From IMG/VR virus record IMGVR_UViG_3300042363_000940: a stretch of 64,000 bases of DNA; one strand, given 5' to 3'. This stretch comes from a virus. Its lineage: Duplodnaviria > Heunggongvirae > Uroviricota > Caudoviricetes. The notes under the pieces are model-generated. The model did no database searches. It was not told where the DNA came from and was given only the letters and a program-made list of their open reading frames with translations. Shown here one piece after another: positions 1 to 9,887 of this stretch; the first letter of the stretch is position 1; each line of letters starts with the position of its first letter. The position numbers and the translations under genes are program-made.

Positions 1-2498
1 ATGTGGTAATCGGCAAATGCCTCAATCACAGGTAAACCTGAAATTGTACTAACTGAGAATAATGAATTACTTAAATCATCAGTAACCGCAAACAATCTAC
101 CATTTGTACCGTCAACCGCAAATACGGTTGCTCCCGATACTGATTCGTAAACTGTTAATGTACCACCACTAATTACAACATCATTATATGATGTCATTCC
201 ACTTACAGTGATTGCTTGGTTGGTTGTGTTACCTCTTGCGGTAACTGTTGCTAGTGTATCTGTTTCACTATATGAAGTTAAGAATCTACCATCAATATCA
301 ACTGTTACAGTTCCACCATCGTTTCTTGTTAACGTAATAATACCATTACCGGTATTGAAGGTTGCTCCCGTTACGTAATAGTTTGTATCGGTGTTAACTG
401 ATGATATATCAACCGGACTACTAAACGCTCCACCTGAACCGGTGAATGTTAAATTAGTACCATCGAAAGTAACATCACTAATAAAATCATTAGTATCTGT
501 TACGGTTTCAGTTGCAGTTGTGATTCCCGTTATATGACCAAAACCATCTAATAAGATGTCTTGGATATATGTTCTTCCTGAATTGTTTGATGAACCTGCA
601 GCGCTTACTGAAGGGTGGGCGGTTAAATAAGTGTTCGAATCAACACTACCGTCTGCCTTTAAGAACTGCGTTGAAAGTCCACCTATTTTTTTTATTGTCG
701 CGGCATTTAGTATACCACCATTTTCAAAGAAAATTCTTGGAACACCACCACCATCGATGAACTCTAATTGGTCAAAACTTGAATCCTTATTATATCTAAT
801 TAGGTACCCATTAAATGCACCCCCATCACCGGCATACATTTCAATTGTTGTAAATCCGGTTGAGACGTTAATTTGACCTAATGTAAGTGTTGTATTATTC
901 TTAAAGATACTAAGGTTACCAGTCATGGTATCGCCACTCTTAGAAACTTTGTTTCCAATTGATGTTGCGACTGTTGTTGCGAAGTTAGGGTCATCCCCTA
1001 ACGCCGCTGCCAATTCATTTAAGGTATCTAATGTTGATGGTGACGAATCAATTAGGTTAGTAATTTGTGTTTGTACGTAACCTGTAGTTGCATAACCATT
1101 AAGTGATGTTGATGTTAAATATGTGTTTGTGTCAACACCTAATGTACCATCTGAGTTAATAAACTTAACGAAACCATTTGTTGAATATGCATTGAATCTT
1201 GTTGTACCATTATTACTTAAACGGAAGTATTCACTTCCACCAAATGTATACCATAATCCTTGGTTAGGTGTTGATGCGTTACTTCCACCAATATTGAAAA
1301 CACTTTGTGTGCTTCCATCACCCGCCTTTAAAACTAAATTACTAAAGAATTGGTCGGCGGTACCTTGGTTATTTGAGTGGATATTAATTTGTCCACCACT
1401 CTTAATTGAGTAATTAACATTATTATCAGCAACAGGTCCAAATTGGATGTCACCGTTTGTTGTTAATCCACCAACTTCGATTGTATTTGTTGTTACCGAA
1501 CCTCTGTCTGTTACATTATCAAATGTATCCGTTTCGGTGTATCCTGTTAGATATGAACCAGCGGGTTGGAATCTTCCATCAATGTCAACGGTGTATGTTC
1601 CACCATCGTTTTTTGTAAACGTGATGACACCATCTCCGGTGTTAAACGTTGCACCAGTTGTAAATGTATTTGTATCTGTGTAACCTGTTAGGAAACCAAG
1701 AGAATATATCTGAGCGGAACCACTAATGATATTAGAAGGTATTCCCGTCAATCCACTATAAGAAATTTGAGATGAACCCGATACTAATGTTGGTACATTA
1801 ATAAGGTATGAATAACCTAATGAACCCGATAAACCGTTGGTTACAATTAATGAACCTGTAATTTCAGAATTACTATTGATTGATACGATTGTACCCGTAT
1901 CTGTAATATTTGAAGAGGTGATGTGGTCACCACCTTGACCTTTTGTTACTCTATTATTTATGGTACCAACTTCATCACCAAGAGAACCTGTGTTTCTTGG
2001 ACCTGAAATTAACATACCACCACTATACATGGAGTCGACCGTGTTAGTGTAAACCCAATGATTTTTTTCACTATCCCATGTAAGAGATGCAGTCGCATTA
2101 GATGAACCCGAATCGTATACTTTAATACCTCCGAATCTCTCTAACGGTTCAAAAACGTTTACACTAATGTATGATTCACTAACTGCAAGTTGTGATGCGG
2201 TCAAGTAAAGTACCGATGATGAACCGTGTACAATTAAATCATTAAGAATATAAACTGAACCACTTACAAATTGATTTCCTAAAAGATTTAGAGAACCCGT
2301 TAATGTATGTGAGCCGGAAATGTTAACACTACCAGTAAAATTATGATTATCACTTAATTGGTCTCCGAACTTGGTGTTTCCATCAACAGTCAAAGAACCT
2401 GTAATAGTTTGTGAACCACTAACAACCAAGTTACCTTTTAATTCTGATGAACCCGATACGTGTAACGACCCCGTTACGTCTGCGTCAAATATTCTCAT
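1..2498 (-). CDS. Long tail fibre protein, 3' end truncated by the window edge
   Basis: Absent from the ORF track. Hand translation from the ATG at 2498 (MRIFDADVTGSLHVSGSS...) stays open to the window edge. It has Gly/Ser/Thr-rich VSGS/TGSL repeats and the tail-fibre motif LDTLNELAAALGDDPNFATTV. Confidence 0.85.
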   Translation of the reverse strand, partial: MRIFDADVTGSLHVSGSSELKGNLVVSGSQTITGSLTVDGNTKFGDQLSDNHNFTGSVNISGSHTLTGSLNLLGNQFVSGSVYILNDLIVHGSSSVLYLTASQLAVSESYISVNVFEPLERFGGIKVYDSGSSNATASLTWDSEKNHWVYTNTVDSMYSGGMLISGPRNTGSLGDEVGTINNRVTKGQGGDHITSSNITDTGTIVSINSNSEITGSLIVTNGLSGSLGYSYLINVPTLVSGSSQISYSGLTGIPSNIISGSAQIYSLGFLTGYTDTNTFTTGATFNTGDGVITFTKNDGGTYTVDIDGRFQPAGSYLTGYTETDTFDNVTDRGSVTTNTIEVGGLTTNGDIQFGPVADNNVNYSIKSGGQINIHSNNQGTADQFFSNLVLKAGDGSTQSVFNIGGSNASTPNQGLWYTFGGSEYFRLSNNGTTRFNAYSTNGFVKFINSDGTLGVDTNTYLTSTSLNGYATTGYVQTQITNLIDSSPSTLDTLNELAAALGDDPNFATTVATSIGNKVSKSGDTMTGNLSIFKNNTTLTLGQINVSTGFTTIEMYAGDGGAFNGYLIRYNKDSSFDQLEFIDGGGVPRIFFENGGILNAATIKKIGGLSTQFLKADGSVDSNTYLTAHPSVSAAGSSNNSGRTYIQDILLDGFGHITGITTATETVTDTNDFISDVTFDGTNLTFTGSGGAFSSPVDISSVNTDTNYYVTGATFNTGNGIITLTRNDGGTVTVDIDGRFLTSYSETDTLATVTARGNTTNQAITVSGMTSYNDVVISGGTLTVYESVSGATVFAVDGTNGRLFAVTDDLSNSLFSVSTISGLPVIEAFADYH

Positions 2499-2594
2499 GT
2501 AAAGTTCTTATTATTTTATTAGATAAATACTTCAAATGTCCGTTCTTTATCCCTTTGCTTGTTATTTATTCTTAGTAATCTATTATAAATATCG

Positions 2595-3071
2595 ATGGTC
2601 CCTTATAGTCTAAACATTCAAAACAGAATTTATAGTGAAAATACACAATTAGTTGTGGAAGAAATACTAGAACCGAATCACTCGGATATCCAAAAAACAA
2701 TTGACAATTTTAATTCCCAATACACATGGGATATGATGTTTACCATACAAGAAACCGAATTAAGAATGGATTATGGTGATAGACTGTTCTTATTTTATCT
2801 GAATGGTGAGGTTGTGGGACATACGTGGGTTTCAAAAAAACATCTTCCTGAACCACATATATACATATATAATGTGTTTGTGGATAAAACCAAACATAAC
2901 AAAGAGTTATGTGATAGTACAACTTATGTTTGTATGGTGATGGATATATTATCTAAGGAAGGTTACACCGATGTTCACCTTTACGTGGATAAATGGCATA
3001 AAAAAGCCCAAACTTTTTTTACGAGAATGGGCTTTAAAGAATCAAATTGGCTTACTCTCCAAGATGTTTAA
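2595..3071 (+). CDS. GNAT-family N-acetyltransferase-like protein
   Basis: 158 aa. The C-terminal VHLYVDKWHKKAQTFFTRMGF resembles GNAT motif B (LxVxxxNxxAxxFYxxxGF), with upstream FYLNGEVVGHTW and YIYNVFVD strands. One of only three plus-strand genes; TATTTAT lies at 2563-2569. Confidence 0.7.
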   Translation: MVPYSLNIQNRIYSENTQLVVEEILEPNHSDIQKTIDNFNSQYTWDMMFTIQETELRMDYGDRLFLFYLNGEVVGHTWVSKKHLPEPHIYIYNVFVDKTKHNKELCDSTTYVCMVMDILSKEGYTDVHLYVDKWHKKAQTFFTRMGFKESNWLTLQDV

Positions 3072-3201
3072 GTTTAATTGCATTAACAATTTGTGTCGTT
3101 AAATTCTTTAAAATTACCTTTTTAGGTTCTGAAACCTTTTTCAAGAACATTTTATATTCTTGAGCGGTATATAGTTTGTTTTTGTTTACTTCTGTACTCA
3201 T
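3052..3201 (-). CDS. Small basic hypothetical protein (49 aa)
   Basis: Hand translation: MSTEVNKNKLYTAQEYKMFLKKVSEPKKVILKNLTTQIVNAIKLKHLGE*. It fills the gap directly downstream of 3220-5133 and overlaps the GNAT 3' end convergently. Confidence 0.6.
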   Translation of the reverse strand: MSTEVNKNKLYTAQEYKMFLKKVSEPKKVILKNLTTQIVNAIKLKHLGE

Positions 3202-3219
3202 AGTTTTAATTTTTTAATT

Positions 3220-5133
3220 TTACGCTCCATGTTCTTTTGTGTTACTCGTTTCACAAGTAAAAAATTCTCCCGGGCCTGAGGGGGGGTCGTATCTTAAAAC
3301 ATATTGTGGTGGATAGGAAGTTATTGAACAATCAACTGGTCCAAATGTTTGAGTTGTCAACTCACCAGCACAACAAAAATAATCACAATAATTACACGTA
3401 TAAGTTGGAAGGGGACCGCTGTATGGCATTTGTCTTTCACAATCACTTCTGTTTGCCCCATAAAAATAAACGTACCATTGTGGGGTCATTGGGATACTCA
3501 TTGGGTCATACCCTGGTGGAAATGGCTCACATGGTTGAGTACAAGACCAACTACAATTCGGTTGGCCCCTTTCACCCCATTCAACCATCGGAGGTAAATC
3601 GTTACAATTACCACCAAAACCATTTCTTAAATTATTTTGATTAGGGGGGTTGGGTTGTGAAGGAAAGTTACCGTAAGATGGTTGATAAAAAGAAGCACAA
3701 ACACCAGCGTTTGATTGTACTGACGCAAATCTTGGTTGATTGTTTTCTTCTTCGACAACCATATAGTTATCTATATCTTCTATGTCGAGTGTCGATACAT
3801 TTTGTTTTGTGAATTGGAATTTAATGTTCAAAATATTTTTTATAACAAAACTTTCTGTATCCATATCATATAAAACAACACCATCTCCAACCTCTAAGAA
3901 TTGATATTTTTTATATTTTGTTATGCCATTATTGTCCACCGCAATTGATGAGTTCGGTACGTCAGAAAAAATAATACCGTCTTCCAATTCAATTCTCCTA
4001 ACCCAAATCAATACATTTTCATATTTTGAAATGTTTTTAACTTTTGAAAAACCTATCGTTGAACCTGTTAAAACATTTTCAGTTGTTGCCGACCATGATG
4101 TGGTAACACCGGTCAATGGTAACTCATACAAATTTGCTGATTTAACATCGTCATCAATTTGTATGGTTGTTCCATTAACAAATGTACCGTCAGATTTTAA
4201 AATAAAACTATTATCATCTAAGTGATATAAAACATTATATATAAGTGAGTTTTGGTGTTTTTGTAAATAAACAGGTCTTTCCCAATATTGTATCTCGTTG
4301 TTATCGTCGTAATCTACTGAAACTGATAATGGGCAAGGGTTTGTTTGTTCAAATGGTTGGAATAGGTTTAAAATACTAAGAGTATCGCCATATAAAACAT
4401 CGATGGTTCTATATGTTACCTGTTTACCTAAAACCAAATTATCCGTGTTAACGATATATTCTTGTAATAGTGTATTTTCAGGTAAATTAGTTTTTAAAGT
4501 TTCTAGTTCTTCAATTGTGTCTATTTTAAAAACTTTTGGGTATATCCCATAATTTGTTGTTGGGTATCTTTCCTTTATAATAAAATTAGGATGAACCCCA
4601 TTGTCTCGAATATCACTACCGATGGTGTCAAACCCCAGTGTCCCATTTATAAAATATGTTTTAGGTATTGAAGTTGACTCCGTATCGTACATTAATTTTA
4701 AAAACTCAAAGTTGTCCTTTGCGTATGTTGAATCAACTAACGCGGTTGTATCATAAACCTGTCTTAAAATTAATTCATTTGGGGAGTTTTCAATATATGG
4801 AACAGTGATTGCCCTTGGGGATATGACCTCAATGTGTAATGAAATTCCCTTATCAGCACATTTATCAAATAAAAAATCTTGAAATGTATATAATGTACCG
4901 TAATTAACGTTATTGTTTTCATCCAAATCACCATACTGACCCGGTAATTCTTTATTTAGAAGGTAGGTAATTTTTGTTATCTCATTGTCAATCAAAAAAT
5001 TATCAAACGCAACCTCATTAATGTATTCTCTACAATCAGAAAAAACAAATCCAACGTTGGTATTAATTTCAAGTATTTTGAAACTACCGTCCGTATCCTG
5101 TATGTAATCAGTTCCTACTAAAACTCCTCTCAT
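3220..5133 (-). CDS. Circularly permuted ATP-grasp domain + degenerate Hint (intein-like) domain + Cys/Pro-rich C-terminal tail
   Basis: GTDY...KILEINTN at aa 7-26, IIKERYP at aa 185-191, LLQEYI at aa 222-227. Hint-like blocks HLDDNSFILKSDG (aa 304), RIELEDG, LEVGDGV, VSTLDIEDIDNYMV and VQSN (aa 475). The tail aa 476-637 has 12 Cys. Confidence 0.65.
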   Translation of the reverse strand: MRGVLVGTDYIQDTDGSFKILEINTNVGFVFSDCREYINEVAFDNFLIDNEITKITYLLNKELPGQYGDLDENNNVNYGTLYTFQDFLFDKCADKGISLHIEVISPRAITVPYIENSPNELILRQVYDTTALVDSTYAKDNFEFLKLMYDTESTSIPKTYFINGTLGFDTIGSDIRDNGVHPNFIIKERYPTTNYGIYPKVFKIDTIEELETLKTNLPENTLLQEYIVNTDNLVLGKQVTYRTIDVLYGDTLSILNLFQPFEQTNPCPLSVSVDYDDNNEIQYWERPVYLQKHQNSLIYNVLYHLDDNSFILKSDGTFVNGTTIQIDDDVKSANLYELPLTGVTTSWSATTENVLTGSTIGFSKVKNISKYENVLIWVRRIELEDGIIFSDVPNSSIAVDNNGITKYKKYQFLEVGDGVVLYDMDTESFVIKNILNIKFQFTKQNVSTLDIEDIDNYMVVEEENNQPRFASVQSNAGVCASFYQPSYGNFPSQPNPPNQNNLRNGFGGNCNDLPPMVEWGERGQPNCSWSCTQPCEPFPPGYDPMSIPMTPQWYVYFYGANRSDCERQMPYSGPLPTYTCNYCDYFCCAGELTTQTFGPVDCSITSYPPQYVLRYDPPSGPGEFFTCETSNTKEHGA

Positions 5134-5411
5134 TATATTAATGTAGTATTTTTCTTTGTTGGTAGGTATTTTTCATCAACCTCACCCCATTTTGCCAATG
5201 GACATGAATTGTGAATCATACTGAATACCTTTTTATTAATCGGACATCCACATTCTCCACAGTACGCGGCCCAATCCTGATTTATGTTTAATCTTCTATT
5301 TAATGATGGACATTCCGCACAAATCGCAATCCTCTCTTTGGACATATTTCGTTGAATGTCTGTTGGGTTGAATGAACTCAACCACGAATTAAAAATGTCT
5401 TTTAAGTCCAT
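5133..5411 (-). CDS. Small Cys-rich putative metal-binding protein (DUF6171-like)
   Basis: RIAICAEC...CGECGCPINKK...CPLAKW pattern; abuts the start of the ATP-grasp gene. Confidence 0.6.
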   Translation of the reverse strand: MDLKDIFNSWLSSFNPTDIQRNMSKERIAICAECPSLNRRLNINQDWAAYCGECGCPINKKVFSMIHNSCPLAKWGEVDEKYLPTKKNTTLI

Positions 5412-5451
5412 ATATGTAAATATCTTTTGATTAGAATATAAATAAAAAAAA

Positions 5452-5565
5452 CTAATGATTGTAGGTAAAAGGGTCTCTTTTCTTTAATTCCCTTAGTTTT
5501 TCCCTGAATTTCTTCTTCCGTTTATAGTCTAACCAAATTCCTTTAATCCACTGTATTATTTTCAT
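5452..5565 (-). CDS. 37-aa basic peptide downstream of the carbamoyltransferase
   Basis: Hand translation: MKIIQWIKGIWLDYKRKKKFREKLRELKKRDPFTYNH*. The start overlaps the carbamoyltransferase stop (ATGA coupling). Confidence 0.6.
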   Translation of the reverse strand: MKIIQWIKGIWLDYKRKKKFREKLRELKKRDPFTYNH

Positions 5566-7232
5566 TTTTTTGTTATTATGTAGTTATTAATCACCAATAT
5601 ATCTATTTCGGTATCCAAAAATGTCTCTACCGCATCTTGTGGGGTGAGTACCATAGTTTTATCTTTAATATTAAAAGATGTGTTAAGTAATATTGGATAC
5701 CCTGTTATGATTTCAAACTTTTTTAATAGGTGGTATATGTCATTGTACGGTATAACGGATTGAATTCTTGCCGTCCCATCTACATGAACCACCGCCGGTA
5801 GTTTATCGATATATTTTTCTTCCACCTCTACCACTTGGTTCATATAGGGAATGAAATCACCACTTTTAAAGTATTTCTTTTGTGATTCAAACAATACCAT
5901 TGGGGCAAAGGGTCTAAACCCTTCTCTTTTTTTGATTACTTTGTTGATTCTATCCTTCATATTAGGTGAAGTCGGGTTCGCCAATATTGACCTATGACCT
6001 AACGCTCTAGAACCAAATTCAATCTTACCTTGAAACCACCCAACTATCTTGTTTCTTTTTAATTCCATCGCAATTTTATCATGAACTGATGTAATCGTTT
6101 CATATCTTTTATAAGTTATCCCATTTGTGTTTTTTAACACGTCAAGAATTTCCTCATTTGAGTATGATGGACCTAAAAAAGGATTCGTGTGAACCCTAAC
6201 GGGTGTTTTCTTTTGATGAAAGTAATTTAAACATGCACCAATACAAGAACCCGCGTCAGATGGTGCTGGTGGGACCCACACGTTTTTAAAGTCAGTATTT
6301 TCTTTTATTTTCCCATTTGCGGTTCCGTTGTATGCGCATCCACCGGCCAATGCAAGATTTTTTGAATCACTGAATAAGTGAACATCCTTTAAAATCTCAA
6401 ATAATACGTGTTCATACTTTTCTTGAACGGATGCTGCAATGTTTTTATGTTCCTGTGTTATATCTTCTTCGGGTAATCTATTTTCAACACCCATTAATTC
6501 AATCAAATCTTCGTTGAACATTAGGTCATCTCTATCCCATGTGAAATAAATCATATTTGTTTTTAACGACACACAATTGTGTATCACCAACTTATCAATC
6601 TTATCTCTATATGGTTCGGGGTCCCCGTAAGATGCAAGTCCCATCATTTTATATTCACCTTCGTTTGGTTTAAATCCAAGGAACGATGTCATTGCAGAAT
6701 AGAATAAACCAATTGAATGTGGGTAAACCGCCAGTGGTATAATCTTAAATGAATCTTTATTCACATATGCGGCCGATAATGTTTCCTTCTCACCAACACC
6801 GTCTACCGATAAGACAACACAATCTTTAAATGGTGATGTGTAATATGAATAATATAAATGTGAATCGTGATGTTTTGAGTAGAAGATATTGTCTGATAAC
6901 TTTCTCAACTCTCTTTCTAATGACCAATAATTGTATTTGGTTCTTATTAGGGTTTTGGCAACATATATTGGACGCTCAATAAAATTTCTGAAGAATGTAT
7001 TTTTAACTCTCTCAAGTTTAATTTTTGGGTCTTCATAATAACAAATCATTTCAACATCTTTCTTTTTGATGTTATATTTTTTGTAGATGTATTGTAACGT
7101 ATTAACTGGAAATCTATAATCATGTTTTACCCCTGTGAATTTTTCTTCTTCACATGCAAAAACCAACTCCCCATTTTTGAACAAACAGACAGATGAGTCA
7201 TGATAATATGATGATATACCAATTACGTACAT
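5562..7232 (-). CDS. Carbamoyltransferase, NodU/CmcH family
   Basis: GISSYYHDSSVCL, EEEKFTGVKH, HHDSH, VDGVGE, LAGGCAYN, DAGSCIGA, EFGSRALGHRSIL, REGFRPFAP, HVDGTARIQ, LLNTSFN. Confidence 0.95.
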   Translation of the reverse strand: MYVIGISSYYHDSSVCLFKNGELVFACEEEKFTGVKHDYRFPVNTLQYIYKKYNIKKKDVEMICYYEDPKIKLERVKNTFFRNFIERPIYVAKTLIRTKYNYWSLERELRKLSDNIFYSKHHDSHLYYSYYTSPFKDCVVLSVDGVGEKETLSAAYVNKDSFKIIPLAVYPHSIGLFYSAMTSFLGFKPNEGEYKMMGLASYGDPEPYRDKIDKLVIHNCVSLKTNMIYFTWDRDDLMFNEDLIELMGVENRLPEEDITQEHKNIAASVQEKYEHVLFEILKDVHLFSDSKNLALAGGCAYNGTANGKIKENTDFKNVWVPPAPSDAGSCIGACLNYFHQKKTPVRVHTNPFLGPSYSNEEILDVLKNTNGITYKRYETITSVHDKIAMELKRNKIVGWFQGKIEFGSRALGHRSILANPTSPNMKDRINKVIKKREGFRPFAPMVLFESQKKYFKSGDFIPYMNQVVEVEEKYIDKLPAVVHVDGTARIQSVIPYNDIYHLLKKFEIITGYPILLNTSFNIKDKTMVLTPQDAVETFLDTEIDILVINNYIITKK

Positions 7233-8371
7233 TATTTAATTCTTTTACCGTAGTAGATTGTATCTTTATGTACTCTTTCTCTCCATGGGTCTAAAACAAT
7301 ACTACCCATTGGAAATTCTGTTCCATTAAAAACATTTCTATGTCCTAATAAATAAATAGCGGGTTTGTTAATAGTGTCATATTCAACTTCCATAATAAAA
7401 CTACCAATAAGTAATGAATATGAACCATCAATATATTCAACACCGGGTTTGTAACTCTTACCCATAATAACCACAGGTAAAGAATGTTCAACAGAAAGGT
7501 CAATTAATCTATTTGCCATGTTCTTTGCCTGTATTTCTCTCGACAACATAATTGAATCAAAAAGGTCATAACCTAAATCTAATTCTTTTGCCATGTATCT
7601 TAATGCAATATTGTCGCGAGGGTGACACGAACCTCCATCACCTAATCCCGCCTTCATATACGCGGGACCCGTAATGCGGTAGGTACTTCTTTCCAACGCA
7701 CCCGTTACAATATCGGTATCCATATTACCATTCTTTTCCGCAACATCCTGAATCATATTGACCAATGAAATCTTTGCGGATATGAATGTATTATAAAATA
7801 TTTTAATTGCCTCAGCATCATCCCACGTACCAATTTCATAACGAGTCCACGGTGTGATGAGTGTTTCGTAAAAATCTCTCAGTATTTTCGCATCGGTTGT
7901 TTCTGAACCATCCTCAGTCCCAATGATAACCATTTCAGGATTTACCATATCGTTTTTTACGGTACCCATGGCAATAAGATATGGGTTGTAAATGAATCGA
8001 TAATTCTTAACAAGTGGAATGAACTCTCTACGAGTTGTTCCCGGTAGAACTGTTGAAATTAAAACAACCAATTGTTCTTTGGTTGTGTAATCGTTTATTT
8101 CATCTAAGATGTTCTTTACTGTCGTGTAATCAAAATCCTTTGGGGTTAGATGTGATGTTGGGTGGCTACCATCATATAATGGGTCATGGGGTGTGGGTAC
8201 CGCAATAAAGATTAAATCTTTACCGTTACACACTTCTTTTATGGTTGATACCATTTTAAAATTAGTGGGAGTCACTTCTCTAACATCGTAACCCTCAACA
8301 AAGTGTTTCTCCGCCATTACTTCCCCCACATCTTTTCCGAGTTTTCCAACTCCGATAAATCCTATTTTCAT
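7232..8371 (-). CDS. UDP-glucose/GDP-mannose dehydrogenase family protein
   Basis: Rossmann GVGKLG, FIAVPTP, STVLPGT, YNP, catalytic K in AIKIFYNTFIS, GDGGSCHPRD, GKSYKP. Confidence 0.9.
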   Translation of the reverse strand: MKIGFIGVGKLGKDVGEVMAEKHFVEGYDVREVTPTNFKMVSTIKEVCNGKDLIFIAVPTPHDPLYDGSHPTSHLTPKDFDYTTVKNILDEINDYTTKEQLVVLISTVLPGTTRREFIPLVKNYRFIYNPYLIAMGTVKNDMVNPEMVIIGTEDGSETTDAKILRDFYETLITPWTRYEIGTWDDAEAIKIFYNTFISAKISLVNMIQDVAEKNGNMDTDIVTGALERSTYRITGPAYMKAGLGDGGSCHPRDNIALRYMAKELDLGYDLFDSIMLSREIQAKNMANRLIDLSVEHSLPVVIMGKSYKPGVEYIDGSYSLLIGSFIMEVEYDTINKPAIYLLGHRNVFNGTEFPMGSIVLDPWRERVHKDTIYYGKRIK

Positions 8372-9099
8372 AATACGTTATTTTTTAAATACGGAACAAT
8401 TACTTCTTCCGAAAACTTTTTATGTCCAAACTCAGTTGGGTGTATACCTCTATGTTCATAACCAACATGTCCATCAAATCCTAATTCGTTGTAGTTCTCT
8501 TTAACCCATTCATGACAACCACTCACGGGGAGGAACTTACTAAAATCAACCATATCAAATAGATATTTTACTTCGGGATGTGATATCAAAGTGTCTGCGC
8601 CATTTGCATGGAAAATATCCAAATATGATGACATAAAATATTTGATACCTTTACGTTCCAAATACCATTGCACCATTAATATATTTTGCATGGTCATTAA
8701 CATTGAACCAACATATGTATGTAGATTTTCGTACCAAATCTTTGCTTGGGGTATGTCCCACATATAGTTAGTTATAACCCAATTTTTTCTACCGTCAACA
8801 ACATTAGTTGGGTTTTCAATCCATCCATTAATGTTTGATATTCTTTTTGAATCTTCAGTGTAAAAATCGTGTCGGTCAATACCACTCCACATGACACCAA
8901 CAATAATGTCTTCAGGTTTGTGTGTCTCTAATAATTTATCTACTTGGTATATTACTTTTTTAGAAATTAATCCGTTACCCTGTGATGCCATCCCAACATT
9001 AACCAAATTGTAATCCATTTCATTACATACAAATGTTGGCCAATTCCATGGTTCAAATGTGAAACTACATCCACTGGCAATTAGTGTTTTCTTATTCAT
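8368..9099 (-). CDS. SGNH/GDSL-hydrolase-like protein
   Basis: N-terminal GCSFT nucleophile block, NVGMASQGNG block, C-terminal GIHPTEFGH. Confidence 0.7.
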   Translation of the reverse strand: MNKKTLIASGCSFTFEPWNWPTFVCNEMDYNLVNVGMASQGNGLISKKVIYQVDKLLETHKPEDIIVGVMWSGIDRHDFYTEDSKRISNINGWIENPTNVVDGRKNWVITNYMWDIPQAKIWYENLHTYVGSMLMTMQNILMVQWYLERKGIKYFMSSYLDIFHANGADTLISHPEVKYLFDMVDFSKFLPVSGCHEWVKENYNELGFDGHVGYEHRGIHPTEFGHKKFSEEVIVPYLKNNVL

Positions 9100-9887
9100 T
9101 ATATTAATTTTTTATTTATGTGTTCAAACCAATTGTTTGATAATTGTTCCTGATACTCTAATGTGGTGTGGAATCTATATTTAATTGATGGGTCACTTCC
9201 CCGATATGTCCACGGGTTTAGTTTAGAATCTAACATTATCATTCTATCACCAAAAAATTCAAACTCATTTGAATATAGATTTGTGTTTATACAATAGAAT
9301 TCAATTCCGTTATCTAACAACTTTCTTAACCCATTGGCAACAATCCAAGAGTCCTGTTGTGCTTTCCAATTGAAGTCGTAGAATCTATCAAACCATTCTT
9401 CTAAAATTCTAACCTCAGATTTGTTAAGTGTCTCCTTAGATTGGTTACCCCAAAAAAAGTTATTTAATGTTTCACTAATCATCTTAGGTGTTATCACTCC
9501 GAATCCCCCATGTTCCGAACTCTTATCGGGAAACCCAACATAATCTATGTTATATAGTCCATTGTTTGGTTCGTACATATTTGTTTTAAATTCCTCTTTA
9601 AATTTATCAAAATAATCTTCAGTCGTTAAGTCGTATATTGGGTATTCAAATCTATCTGGTGAGGTTAGACCAATAATCACCAAATCGGGTTTGTGTTTTA
9701 TAATCTCATCGATTTGTAAACGAATAGTTTGATTACTACATCCACCTCGAGCATAGGTTACGACATTCCACCCAAGTTTTTCTCCCAGTAACTCAGTAAA
9801 ATGTTTACCGTAACCATTATCTAAATCATTTTCATTAAATGAAATTGCAGACATAAAACTATCACCACAAACACCTAAAGTTTTCAT
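9099..9887 (-). CDS. SGNH/GDSL-hydrolase-like protein
   Basis: GDSF block I, ARGGCSN block II, C-terminal FHTT..YQ. Confidence 0.65.
   Translation of the reverse strand: MKTLGVCGDSFMSAISFNENDLDNGYGKHFTELLGEKLGWNVVTYARGGCSNQTIRLQIDEIIKHKPDLVIIGLTSPDRFEYPIYDLTTEDYFDKFKEEFKTNMYEPNNGLYNIDYVGFPDKSSEHGGFGVITPKMISETLNNFFWGNQSKETLNKSEVRILEEWFDRFYDFNWKAQQDSWIVANGLRKLLDNGIEFYCINTNLYSNEFEFFGDRMIMLDSKLNPWTYRGSDPSIKYRFHTTLEYQEQLSNNWFEHINKKLI

Noticed and set aside
569-1683. Plus-strand ORFs in the track (569-760, 631-876, 1123-1413, 1447-1683)
   Set aside because: They are antisense shadows of the long minus-strand tail-fibre ORF (1-2498) that the track missed.
3709-4224. A canonical self-splicing intein with homing endonuclease
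   Set aside because: No Cys/Ser1, no TxxH, no +1 nucleophile and no LAGLIDADG motifs. Kept only as a degenerate Hint-like domain.
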